From positions 35,898,001 to 35,962,000 of the forward strand of contig OX597823.1 in assembly GCA_951406725.2 (NCBI GenBank): a stretch of DNA of 64,000 nucleotides, in the 5' to 3' direction. Of the stretch, positions 26,859-38,223 are shown piece after piece. The translations under genes were made by a program, and so were the position numbers. This stretch comes from Octopus vulgaris. Lineage: Eukaryota. Each line of letters opens with the position of its first letter. Position 1 is the first letter of the stretch. The notes below the pieces were generated by a model. It was not told where the DNA came from and did not search any database. It saw only the letters and a program-made list of their open reading frames with translations.

Positions 26859-27182
26859 TATTTTTTTATATATATTTTTATATTTTTTATATTTTTTATA
26901 TTTTTTATATTTTTTATATTTTTTATTTTTATTCTTTTATTTTATCTTGTTATTTTTTTATTTTTTATTTATTTATTTTTTTATTTTATTTTTTTATTTT
27001 TTTATTACCTTGACCACTCCCCCAAGTATGATATTTTGCGCTATGCCTACCCCCAAAAAGTCCCCCACCACCACTCCTCTAAATGTATAAATGCTAATAC
27101 AATTCTTGTTAAATAGCTTCCTGAAGATTTCTCTTGAATGAAACAGTACTAGTCCTGTAGAAGCTCCTTCTATATAATAAAT
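24160..27182. repeat. About 3 kb palindrome (arms about 1.4-1.55 kb) centred on a (TA)n tract, ending in Penelope-like terminal sequence
   Basis: 24160 to about 25715 is the reverse complement of about 25767-27182; identical peptides are predicted from 24805 (+) and 26516 (-). Confidence 0.92.
27115..27165 (+). ncRNA. Putative type I hammerhead ribozyme (mirror copy on minus strand at about 24177-24227)
   Basis: AGCTTC-CTGAAGA-tTTC tctt GAAt-GAA-ACAG tactagtc CTGT-A-GAAGCT: 6-bp stem I, 4-bp stem III, GUA site, weak stem II. Confidence 0.65.
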
Positions 27183-27291
27183 TAATTTTACTCTGCTATG
27201 TATTGAGTACCTTACTTACTGTGGTTAACCCCGAATCAACCCGGGAACTACATATATATATATATATATATATACATAAATACATACATAC

Positions 27292-27363
<72 letters not shown>

Positions 27364-27369
<6 letters not shown>

Positions 27370-27477
27370 TTTATAGAAGGAGCTTCTACAGGACTAGAAC
27401 TGTTTCATTCAAATGAAGATGATTTCATTTGAATGAAACAGTTCTAGTCCTGTAGAAGCTCCTTCTATAAAATAAAT
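27364..27477. repeat. Perfect 54-bp-arm hairpin of the same PLE terminal sequence
   Basis: 27364-27417 is the reverse complement of 27424-27477; loop GATGAT. Confidence 0.9.
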
Positions 27478-27557
27478 TAATTTGCTCTGCTATGTATTGA
27501 GTACCTTATTTACTGTGGTTAACCCCGACTCAACCCGGGACCTACATATATATATAT

Positions 27558-27791
27558 AAGGTGGGGTAGGGTATGTGGGAGTGGGATGTGTGGGGGTATG
27601 GTGTGGATAGAGGAGGTATCGATGAAGGAAGAAGGTGGGGAAGAGTGAAGAGAGGAAGAAGGTGTCACATGAAGAGAAGAGAGGAGGGGAGTTGTGCCCA
27701 TGTGGCGAAGAGAGAAGATTAATTCCTGTTCAAGGCGAAGGCGGGGGTCCGGATGGCCCCTGTGCAAAGACAATCCGAACACAGACAGGTG

Positions 27792-27842
<51 letters not shown>

Positions 27843-27855
27843 GTATGTATGCATG

Positions 27856-27903
<48 letters not shown>

Positions 27904-27932
27904 CATGCATACATACATACATGCATACATAC

Positions 27933-27977
<45 letters not shown>

Positions 27978-28233
27978 CACCTGTCTGTGTTCGGATTGTC
28001 TTTGCACAGGGGCCATCCGGACCCCCGCCTTCGCCTTGAACAGGAATTAATATTCTCTCTTCGCCACATGGGCACAACTCCCCTCCCCTTTTCATCTGAC
28101 TCTCCTCCTCTGTTCTCTTCATGTGACACCTTCTTCCTCTCTTCACTCTTCCCCACCTTCTTCCTTCATCGATACCTCCTCTATCCACACCATACCCCCA
28201 CACATCCCACTCCCACATACCCCACCCCACCTT
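27558..28233. mobile_element. Palindromic Penelope-like 3' fragment centred on (TA)n, with GIY-YIG C-terminus
   Basis: Both arms encode [28 protein letters not shown], similar to the R..REQ.LIF.L end of PLE endonucleases. Confidence 0.7.
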
Positions 28234-28574
28234 CACATCCCCACAACCCAACGCCTTCATACCACACACTACCACACCACATCGCACTACCCCGCACACA
28301 CTAGCACTGACTATTTCCCACCATCCATCATCCACACACCCACACCTTACAGACGCACACATCGATATGTCAAAGTCACCAGCCCCTATCCACACGCGCA
28401 CACACACTTTCACATACGCACTCGCACGCGCACATTTGTTTTGGGATCACTAATAATTTATTATCTCCCCTTCTTCCCAGCTCTCCTGTCTAACTGCCTT
28501 TGTCCAGCCAGTCGCCATGATTGACCGCTAACTCCAAAAATTTTTTATTCTCTCTCTCTTTTACTCTTTTACTC

Positions 28575-28948
28575 TTTTACTTGTTTCAGTCATTTAACCG
28601 CCTTTAGTCGAGCAAATCGACCCCAGGACTTATTCTTTGTAAGCCTAGTTCTTATTCTATCGGTCTCTCTTGACGAACCGCTAAGTTACAGGTGAGTAAA
28701 CACACCAAGATTGGTTGTCAAGCGATTTTGGGGAGGACAAACCCACACACACAAACACACACACACATACACATACATATACATATATACGACAGGCTTC
28801 TTTCAGTTTCCATCTACCAAATCCGCTCACAAGGCTTTGGTCAGCCCGAGGCTATAGTAGAAGACACTTACTCAAGGTGCTACGCAGTGGGACTGAACCC
28901 GGAACCATGTTGTTGGTAAGCAAGCTACTTACCAAACAGCCACTCCTC
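28575..28948 (-). mobile_element. SINE family C
   Basis: Reverse-complement homology to 20011-20410. Confidence 0.85.
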
Positions 28949-29381
28949 TCTGTTTATTTTTTCGTGTTCCTTTCTGTTAAGAGCGTAGGCTCGAAACGTA
29001 AACGACTTTCTCACCTTCCCGCGCATCAAACTAATACACTTGCTTGTTGTTTATACAACTATCTTCATCTTTTGTTTTTCTGTAAATTTCAACTATATAT
29101 ACACATATATTTTTTTTTTCACTTATTTCAGTCATTTTGACTGTGGCCATGCTGGAGAACCACCTTTAGTCGAAGAAATCGGTCCTTGGACTTATTCTTT
29201 GTAAGCCTAGTACTTATTCTATCGGTTTCTTCTGCAGAACCGCTAAGTAACGGGGACATAAACACACCAAGACTGGTTTTCATGGAGATTGGATATCAGG
29301 ATAACTATCAACCTCAGTGTCTCTTATTCTGTGATTCCGTTGTGTGTTGTTCCATGTATAATATGACGGTAATTGATAGTA

Positions 29382-30643
29382 CGAGGGGCGTTCAATAAGT
29401 AATGCCCCTGACCCACTTCCCATAGCAGTAGAGCAACGAAACTTGGCACAGTTATTAGTCTTTTTCTACATAGGAACCACCCAGAGTTACGCATTTCTCC
29501 CATCGTTTGATGCAGCTTTGGAGACCGTTTTTGTAGAAGACCCCAGCTTGGTCCTCCAACCACGACGTCACTTCAGACATCAAGGCTGCATCATCTGGGA
29601 AACGCTTTCCTTTCAAAAACAACTTCATGGCTGGGAAGAGGTGAAAATCAGAGGGTGCAAGGTCAGGAGAGTAGGGGGAATGGGAAATGAGTTCATAGCC
29701 GCACGCCTGTGCTTCTGATCTGGCGACACGCGAGTTGTGGACCGGAGCGTTGTCCTGCAGGAGGAAGATGCCTTTGCTGATCTTACCCCGCCTCTTGATT
29801 TTGATAGCTTCTCTTAATTTCATCAAAAGTGAAACATAATAGGCTCCTGTAATTGTGGTACCCTTAGCCAGGAAATCTGTCATCACTACTCCGTCCTGGT
29901 CCCAGAAGACTGTGAACATGACCTTGCCAACGGAGGGCTGCACCCTTGCCTTCTTTGGAGGAGGTGAGTCACGGTGCTTCTACTGCATTGACTGGGCTTT
30001 GGTCTCTGGATCATAGTGATGGACCCAGGTTTCATTCTGTGTAATCAGTCTTTTGAAAAATTTTGCCTCCTCTTCTTGGCACATCTCCAAATTCATCCTC
30101 GAGCACTCGACGCGTTCTTGCTTCTGGAAAGGTGTGAGCAACCTGGGAATCCATCTGGCAGACACCTTTTGCATATGCAAATGGTCATGAATGATAGTTT
30201 CCACAGACCCGGTACTAATCTTGACCTCATGGGCTATTTGGCGAATAGTTATGCGTCGATCTTCCAAAATGGCAGCCTCAACTTGACGGACAGATGCCTT
30301 ATCAATGGCAGGAGGGGGTCGACCAGATCTGGGAGCTGTTTCCACAGAGTTCCGAACATGTTTGAATTCACGATTCCAGCATTTTACAAGGTCATATGAT
30401 GGGGCATCATCACCATAAGTTACTTTGATTCCATCAAAAGTCTCCCGTGGTGTGCGTCCTTTCAAATACAAAAACCAGATCACTGCTCGACACACAACAG
30501 GCTCCATTTCACACTTGACTCAGTTCAAACACCTGTAATTCGCCACTTAATTTGTAGAGATATGAATAATTGCACATGCAAAATTTCAACTAGATCAAAC
30601 AACTGCAAGTGGGTCAGAGGCATTACTTATTGAACGTCCCTCG
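29382..30643 (-). mobile_element. Full-length mariner (DD34D) transposon with TIRs and TA TSD
   Basis: TIRs CGAGGGGCGTTCAATAAGTAATGCCCCTGACCCACTT at both ends (few mismatches). TA at 29380-29381 and 30644-30645. Confidence 0.95.
29455..30507 (-). pseudogene. Mariner transposase, 350 codons, one premature stop and first catalytic Asp changed to Asn
   Basis: ORFs 30507-29980 and 29943-29455 are in frame across a TAG (expected TGG in SMQW). WIPRLL, TQNETWV (expected D), QDNA-x34-D, YSPDLAPSDFHLF. Confidence 0.92.
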
Positions 30644-30789
30644 TACAACGGGGTTTTAGCGAAAGAGTCGTAGAGCTAGGGATCGCTGACCAGTAGTTTC
30701 TGTAGTGAAATATATTCTTTGCCCATTCTCTAAATGAGCAGAGAGTTGTTTTACTGGAGGATATCGTTCATGAATAGGGAAGCTAAATG

Positions 30790-32027
30790 TTCTTCAAAAA
30801 GTCTCATTGCTGCAAATATACCGCCCCATTTGGAAGTGTGTCACAACATCTTGAAATTCTGTTATTGAAGGGTGAACACTGTAGCATCAGAAACTTTATT
30901 AACATATTAATAAATGTAGTTATGGTGCCCTTCTTCTGTATGATGGATATCCATCATTACCAGTTTGCGTTTCTTTAACGAAATTTTTAGGATAATGTTT
31001 CATACATTTTTTGTCTTTCATGCAAGATGCAGTTGTGCTAAGGTCACTACATGGGGGATGAACCATGCTCGATTTCACAATTTCATAAAGTTCTTTGTCT
31101 TTTGTGGGGTTTGGAATTTCTGCTGAAATTATGGAATCAATCTCATCAGTTTGAATTTTCTGCAAAAATCAGATTAATATATGTGTGTCAGGTAGGCCTC
31201 TTTTTTCCATTCAATTGTATACATGTAGCAACGTACTGGTCAAAATATGTAAGACGTAGTTATGAAGTCCATCAATTTCAAAACCTTGAGATGAAAAACT
31301 CTTGCAATTAGGTTGTGTCTGTTGATGTATAATTGTCCTGAAAAATGCTCAGCTTGGATTTCGTTCTATTTAGGATTGCAAGTAAAAGTGATGACAAGAT
31401 CAGGACGTCCATAATTACGCACGTAAGTCATGGCATCCTGTGTTCTCTTGTGCATATATCTTGGGTTTCCTGTAAAACTGGATGGGAGAATACAAAGATG
31501 TCCAAGCCCTATCCCAGTAATATCATTGTAAATGCCATCTCGTAAATGCACGAACTATTCTGAACGTAGTTCTTTTTGGTGCATTTTTATGTAGCACAAC
31601 CTCTCCGGCTCTATTTTGGCATACATATCAACAACATACAGGTAAAAAAGACCTTGACAATAGTGAGAATGATTAAACGAATTACTTCGAATCATCAAGG
31701 GATGAACATAATAACCCCTACACGATGCAGTTCTTTTGGAAGTGAATCTTCCAACTTGTAGTATACCAAAGTGGTATCCATCTTCTCCGTTAACAAAAAG
31801 CAAAGGATATTGTAAAGCATCATATGAACCTTGAGTTTCATTTATGAATGTGATGCTATTGTCACGATACTTCAAAACAATATCTCGTTTACCATGTTGT
31901 TCTCTAACCATAATAATTGCCACTTCATTACACTCAGGAACATTGAATCGACAGACATGTTCTCCTGCTGGTCTTTTGTCGGCATCGATGACAACTTGAA
32001 AGTCAGCAATTGAAGTATATTCTAAAG
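30790..32027 (-). mobile_element. Helitron Rep (HUH) domain remnant
   Basis: SYDALQYPLLF..GEDGYH, LPSSFTGNPRYM..QDAM.YVRNYGRPDLVITFTCNP, IEW.KRGLPDTHILI, IDSIISAEIP, GYPSYRRR; several frameshifts. Confidence 0.9.
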
Positions 32028-33200
32028 CAAGGTTCGCCAAATGGAATCCGACGGAACCTCTAGGAATCGACGAGGAATTACAGGGGTTCGATGATAGCCA
32101 AGGGGTCGAATGGGGTCGGCGTGCGAGAGACCAGCTCACCCAGATGAACTGCTTGAAATATTTAGTCAGCTCTATGAAACGTGGGAAAACATGATAAATT
32201 TTCACTGCAGCGAGTAGTCTGCTGTTGCTAATGTTCGAGGTCTGATTTCATAATCTGTATAGTAATCGAAGATTGAGAGGCGTGATTGAGGGAATGCGGA
32301 GTGTCAAATGTTTGCTTATGGAAATGACCAGGCATGCTGGGGGAGATAAGATACTAAATACATATCTCAGAAACGTTTTTATTGGTAAGTCATTGTAGGT
32401 GTTGGATTTGTGAATCTGGAATGTTGATCACTTGAACGCTCGCTACGCCGTTCTTTGTGCTGTGGTTGTTTCTCTATCAGCGAATTGTCTGATTTGAGTG
32501 TCAATATTGCGGCGAAATATTTTGAGATCAGAAGTCTGAGTGACTTTTGGTACAAGAAAACAAGTAAAAGGTACCCACACCTTAAAGCGGCAACTGAGCC
32601 ATTCCTTCTGGCATTTCCCAGCTCCTACGTGGTAGAAGCTGGCTTCAGCCATACAAACACAATCCTCAGGAAACAGAGGAATCGTCTGAACCTGGAGGAA
32701 CGAGGCGATTTGAGACTGAAACTGTCCAACATTCAGCCTGATATCAATGCCTTGATACAAGATCGCCATGCTCATAACTCAAATTGATATTGTCAATTTC
32801 AATAAAACATATTCCAGCAATATGATGTGTTTTTCACATTTTCTAACCGCAAAAACAATTTCATAAAAATTGAAAGTTTGATATTGTATATTTGTACACG
32901 TCGTTTTAAATGTAAAAAGTGTGTCATCTTCAATAGAATATGTTGAAGAAATAAATTAATGTAAATTTGACAAAAGTAAATTGCCGTTGAACATGCTTGA
33001 AATCCACGGGAAATCTGCAATTAAATAGCGTATGTTTGAAGTTAGCTGAGAACTTTATGGAGAAAATATAACGAAAAAGTGACTGTATAGAGGGGGATAA
33101 ATAAGGGCGTGTAAATATGTGGTTTCAATTAAGAAGAAAATAGTTGTTTTCGAAGTCATTAAAAAAATATAAATGGTTCGTAAGAATAGCTGAACGTTTA
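32028..33200 (+). mobile_element. Internally deleted hAT (Charlie/Buster-type) element retaining the C-terminal dimerisation domain
   Basis: 32455-32787 FW..YPHL..LLAFPSSYVVEAGFS..KQRNRL..RGDLRLKLS. GGTTCG/CGGAACC subterminal motifs near 32030-32090. Ends approximate. Confidence 0.75.
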
Positions 33201-33217
33201 AACAATACAACTAAATA

Positions 33218-33390
33218 CAGTTTTGTACTTAAGAGATGAGGAATTATATACATTATTTACATTTGGCGGATATTTGTCCTCATCTTGTTTGATGTTAGCA
33301 CAACATTTTGGTCGATATACCCTCCAGCCTTCATCAAGTGTTTTGGAGAAATTTCGAACCTGAGTTCTCATTCCTAAGGTATTTTTTGAT
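33218..33390 (-). mobile_element. PLE-associated terminal repeat with decayed hammerhead
   Basis: Homologous to 11090-11245. Confidence 0.7.
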
Positions 33391-33433
33391 GTTATTGTTG
33401 TTGTTGTTGTTGTTATTACTATTATTATTATTG

Positions 33434-33505
<72 letters not shown>

Positions 33506-34012
33506 TATGTTTGACTTTTGCTTTATATTTGTACAAGTTTGCTCCAAGTCTCATTCAGAGACCTCAAGAGACAACAGGTTGGAAGTTCATGTTGTTGTTA
33601 TGCCTAGTGTACCATATATTTGGTTTTGTATTTAGTGTTGCACTAGTGAATGTCTAAAAAAAACATACGAAAATTATGTTTGTTTTAAAACTTGAGATTA
33701 CATAGAAAGTATTTTGCGTAGGATATGAGCAGTTCCCATGAGCACTATCTTTTGAATTTCTGCCATTTTGGGGTTTCCTGGTATCTGAGTTAGGTAGCAA
33801 TCAGCCCCTTTTGCTATCATTCCCAGGGTACCTATGACAACAGATATTGTTTTAGTCTTCAAGTTCCTCATTTTGCTGATTTCTATTTCAAGATCTTTAC
33901 ATTTGCTCAGTTTTTGGTAGGTCTTGACAGATACGTTTATATCGATTGGGACAGTCATATCAATGAGGACGCATGTTCTTTGTCTGAAGTCTTTCAATAT
34001 GATGTCTGGCCT

Positions 34013-34041
<29 letters not shown>
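33506..34041 (-). mobile_element. 5'-truncated RLE-type (Dong/R4-like) LINE 3' end
   Basis: TDRKIDANRPDII..LIDMTVP..K..K.KDLEIEI..IQKIVLMGTAHILRKILSM plus 3' UTR; (TAA)n on both sides. Confidence 0.88.
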
Positions 34042-34313
<272 letters not shown>

Positions 34314-34324
34314 TATTATTATTA

Positions 34325-34359
<35 letters not shown>

Positions 34360-34533
34360 TATTTTTTTTCTTCTTTCAAATGTGCTTCCATTTCTTGCCG
34401 AGTGTCTTCCCGACTCCTAGGGCAAAGAAACTCATAGTGTATATTGGTAGGCCATTAAACCAAACTCAGTAGTTCGTTCATTTTTTTTTTCTTTTTTTTA
34501 AGTTAAATTAAAATACATGAGCAGCAACAGTTC

Positions 34534-36963
34534 TCACATCGACAATGCTCTTCTCAATACGTGTGATGTACCAGTTAAGACAATCTTTTGCACTTCTTGC
34601 AGGGATGGTAAGCCAGGGATCATTCTCATATAATTTTCGGTTCCCTTCTTGATCATTCCTAGTGCTCCTACGATCACTGGTATTGTAACCGCCTTGAGAT
34701 GCCACATTTTCTCAATTTCAATGAGTAGGTCTTTATATTTTCTGAGCTTGTCAAACTCTTTCGCTGAGATATTATGATCACAGGGGATGCTCATGTCGAT
34801 CAATAAGCAAACTTTATTGTTTTGGTCTTTCACAACAATATCTGGTTTATTGGCCTTGATGGTTCGGTCTGTATGTACTGGAAAGTCCCACAGAATGGTT
34901 ACATTTTCTCCTTCAGTTACAGCCTCAGGGTGGTGATTATACCACTTGTCGGCAGTTTTGATATTGTAATACCGACTTATTAGCCAGTGGAGATATTGGC
35001 CAACTCTGTCATGTCTTAATTTATACTCCACTGGTGCTAAGACTTTACATCCAGAGATTAGGTGGTCCACTGTTTCAATCATGTCGTTGCAGAATCGGCA
35101 TTTTGGGTCTGCTCCATTTTTCATCACATTGGCCTGGTAGTTCCGGGTTAATAGGCTTTGGTCTTGAGCAGCCAGGATGAAACTTTCGCTCTCTGCTTTT
35201 AGCCTTGAGCTCCGTAGCCACTGATGGGTTTGCTTCTGGTCAACATCAGCTTGTTTGCTGCGGGTCACATATTTGCCGTGCAGAGGTTTCTCCTCCCACC
35301 TATCAGCCAATTGCTCGTGCGCTTTTTTCATTGCCATCATTTTCACCTTCTTTGCAACAATAGTTGCCGTACTTCCCTCGGGTTGTTCAGTTTGGGTATC
35401 CTGCACGAGATCAATAGCAAATTTTTTGCTTTCCTTGATGATAGAATGAAGCTTCTTTCGTCTCTCGTGATTTTCCACGAGCTTTAGCATCCAGTCATTC
35501 GATATTTCGAGATATTTGGCCAGTCCAATTGTGGTTGTTTTGTAAGCTAGTTCAAATTGGATCAGGCCTCGACCTCCTTGGGCTCTGGGAAGGTAAAGGC
35601 GATCTACGTCTGCCTTTGGGTGGTGCATCCTATTACAACTCAGCAGCTTGCGTATTTTTCTATCTATATTCTTTACTTCACTCATATTCCAGTTCAACAC
35701 ATTGTAGCTATAAGTAACAACTGGAACTGCTAAGGAATTTATAGCTAACACCTTGTTACGTGCATTTAGTTCAGATTTCAGGACTGCACGAACTCTCCTA
35801 TAACATTCCTTCCTGATTTTCTCTTTCATGCTTGCATGCTGAATACCAGAGCCTTCATTTATCCCTAAATATTTGTATGTTTGTTCTTGCTCAAGCTCTC
35901 TTATGACTGTGTCAACATCTAACACGACTGAATTTGTGGTCTTCACTTTCCCTTTCTGGAAAGTGGCCTTGGCACACTTCTCAAGTCCAAACTCCATCCC
36001 GATGTCATCGCTGAATGCTTTCACGGTGCGCAATAGGCCTTCAAGTTCATTATTGTCTTTACCATAAAGTTTTAAGTCATCCATATAAAATAGATGGCTT
36101 ATTTTTTTATTGGCAATTTTATACCCATACCCTGTTCTGTTTAATTCACTTGTAAGGGGTATTAGGGCTATGCAGAATATTAAAGGTGAAAGTGAGTCAC
36201 CTTGAAAAATTCCACAGTTGATGTTTAGATTTTCTGAGGCAAGTACTCCATTAGAGTGGTATAATTGGAGATTCGTATTCCACAACGACATATTGTGCTT
36301 CAGGAAGTTTGAAATCACAGGGGAAATTTTGAAGATGTCCAGCGATCTCAAGATCCATGGATGCGGTATACTGTCGAAGGCCTTTTTATAGTCAATCCAT
36401 GCGGTGCTGAGATTTCTGCGCTTGTTGTGACAGTTCTCAAGGATCATACGATTGATTAGCAGTTGATCTTTGCATCCGTAAGAGCCTCGGCGGCACCCTT
36501 TTTGTTCAATGGGGAAAATATCGTTCTTCTCCATGAATGCATATGTTTTCTCCGCCAGGATAGATGTTAGGATTTTATACGTGGTGGATAGACAGGTTAT
36601 AGGCCGATAGTTTTTTGGAAGGTTGGTTTCGTTATTCTTTGGGAGTAGGTAAGTAATGCCACTTGCTAACCATTCAGGTGTTTTCTTTGGGTCTCTCATA
36701 ATTCCATTGAGCAGCTGAACTAGCTTACCGTGTGCGCACGGGAGCGATGCGAGCCAGAAATTCGGCACCCTATCTTTACCGGGGGATTTCCAATTATGGG
36801 CCTTCGTGAGTGCCTTTCTTAGGTCTGCTATTGTGATGTCTTCCCATGCTTGTTGTTGTAAATTTTGGTAGGATCCTTCAGTTTGTATAATCCAGTCTGC
36901 ATTTATGTTGTACGTCTTCTTGTCACTCCAAATCCTTTTCCAAAAGTTTTGAACTTCTTCCAT
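34534..36963 (-). CDS. Reverse transcriptase plus RLE endonuclease part of the Dong/R4-like ORF
   Basis: 809-aa open frame with the RT motifs and PD..D..K endonuclease residues. Confidence 0.9.
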   Translation of the reverse strand: MEEVQNFWKRIWSDKKTYNINADWIIQTEGSYQNLQQQAWEDITIADLRKALTKAHNWKSPGKDRVPNFWLASLPCAHGKLVQLLNGIMRDPKKTPEWLASGITYLLPKNNETNLPKNYRPITCLSTTYKILTSILAEKTYAFMEKNDIFPIEQKGCRRGSYGCKDQLLINRMILENCHNKRRNLSTAWIDYKKAFDSIPHPWILRSLDIFKISPVISNFLKHNMSLWNTNLQLYHSNGVLASENLNINCGIFQGDSLSPLIFCIALIPLTSELNRTGYGYKIANKKISHLFYMDDLKLYGKDNNELEGLLRTVKAFSDDIGMEFGLEKCAKATFQKGKVKTTNSVVLDVDTVIRELEQEQTYKYLGINEGSGIQHASMKEKIRKECYRRVRAVLKSELNARNKVLAINSLAVPVVTYSYNVLNWNMSEVKNIDRKIRKLLSCNRMHHPKADVDRLYLPRAQGGRGLIQFELAYKTTTIGLAKYLEISNDWMLKLVENHERRKKLHSIIKESKKFAIDLVQDTQTEQPEGSTATIVAKKVKMMAMKKAHEQLADRWEEKPLHGKYVTRSKQADVDQKQTHQWLRSSRLKAESESFILAAQDQSLLTRNYQANVMKNGADPKCRFCNDMIETVDHLISGCKVLAPVEYKLRHDRVGQYLHWLISRYYNIKTADKWYNHHPEAVTEGENVTILWDFPVHTDRTIKANKPDIVVKDQNNKVCLLIDMSIPCDHNISAKEFDKLRKYKDLLIEIEKMWHLKAVTIPVIVGALGMIKKGTENYMRMIPGLPSLQEVQKIVLTGTSHVLRRALSM

Positions 36964-37038
36964 GGGAGGGGGTCTTTAACGGTTACTTTCTCCTTCCCTA
37001 TTTCTCTGTAGAATTTTTTGGCATTGGATGTGAACAGC

Positions 37039-38223
37039 TTATTTTGCTTGTAAAACTTGTTTCTCTTTCTCAAATCTTCGTATTCTTTGGGCTTTTGCTT
37101 GGACTTTTTGTTTCAGCGTTTCTTTTATTGATATCAGTTCTTCTCTTGGTGAGGATCCAAATTTTCTCTTCATCTTTCTTCCTGTTCTGGATCTTACATC
37201 ATTTCCACATATTAGTTCATTTAATATTGATATTTCCCCTCTCATAAATTCAATCTCTTTTTCAATTTTACTTCTCCAGGTTTGATTTCTTCCCAGGTTT
37301 TGTTTTCTTTGTTTTTTCGGGGGCATACAGCTGGTTTCAATTGCCCTAGCAGAAGCGTAAATAATTTCATTTAACTCAGTAAAATCAGGTTTTAATTCTC
37401 GTATTATTTCATTTGTTACATAGTTGCCAATTTGGATTTGTTTTTTATTTTGGTTTGTATTTGAGAGTTTATGAAGCGGTTCTCTATCATTCATACTTGT
37501 ATGTCTTACAACTTCAAGCGTATTCAGGATTTTCTGCCTCATTTCTGCCATAGACTCTCTGTGTTCTTCAGCAAATGCGAGATCTTGAGTTACTGTTGTT
37601 TTTTCGTTTTCCTGGCTATCTTTAACAGGTACAATAGAATTTCTTGTATCTTCAGGCCTTTGCGTACTTTGGTCAGATGGCAGTCTTTCAATTAAGCCTC
37701 GTGGCAGGCTATACTGTTCATCTGATTCTTCATTTCCTTTGTGTCTTATATTTATGTCATTTTCCGTTGCGTGTTTGATCGCGCTTATTTCACTGTCTGT
37801 GAGCCTGTTATTTCTAAAGATATCCCTCCTCACATTTGCTAATTTGTTCTCGTCCAAATAGGGCCTACTGTCTTGATTCCGTGTTCTCCATATACTGTAA
37901 GAGTTTGCGGTGTGTCTCTCTTTAGATGGCCTACCTAATGCATAGTAATAAGCGTATATTACTTCTTTATACTCTTCTCGGGTCCATTTGTTCCGCTTAC
38001 ATTTTTCTTTCTCTGGTGGTTGTGGTGGTGAACTTGGAGGGCTCGAGTTGGGGGATTTCCTGTTCAAGTGACCATCCATGTCCGTATTCGGAGAAGAGTT
38101 TGTGCCAGTTGATGACTTTTCGATCCCAGGCTGGCTCTTCCCTGGGGGACGCGCTTCCAGATTAACCATAGGACAAGCGATTTGGTATACTGATTTAGTT
38201 TTCCTTTTAGTTTCCAAAAACAT
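37039..38223 (-). CDS. N-terminal part of the Dong/R4-like ORF
   Basis: 394 aa; KWTREEYKEVIYAYYY..W Myb-like motif; separated from the RT part by compensating +1/-1 indels. Confidence 0.8.
   Translation of the reverse strand: MFLETKRKTKSVYQIACPMVNLEARPPGKSQPGIEKSSTGTNSSPNTDMDGHLNRKSPNSSPPSSPPQPPEKEKCKRNKWTREEYKEVIYAYYYALGRPSKERHTANSYSIWRTRNQDSRPYLDENKLANVRRDIFRNNRLTDSEISAIKHATENDINIRHKGNEESDEQYSLPRGLIERLPSDQSTQRPEDTRNSIVPVKDSQENEKTTVTQDLAFAEEHRESMAEMRQKILNTLEVVRHTSMNDREPLHKLSNTNQNKKQIQIGNYVTNEIIRELKPDFTELNEIIYASARAIETSCMPPKKQRKQNLGRNQTWRSKIEKEIEFMRGEISILNELICGNDVRSRTGRKMKRKFGSSPREELISIKETLKQKVQAKAQRIRRFEKEKQVLQAK

Noticed and set aside
24592-27116. Many long ORFs rich in YI, TH and CV dipeptides
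   Set aside because: Translations of (TA)n, (CA)n and (TG)n microsatellites; no coding signal.
29455-30507. Domesticated SETMAR-like gene
   Set aside because: No SET domain; intact TIRs and TA TSD, a stop codon and catalytic loss indicate a dead transposon.
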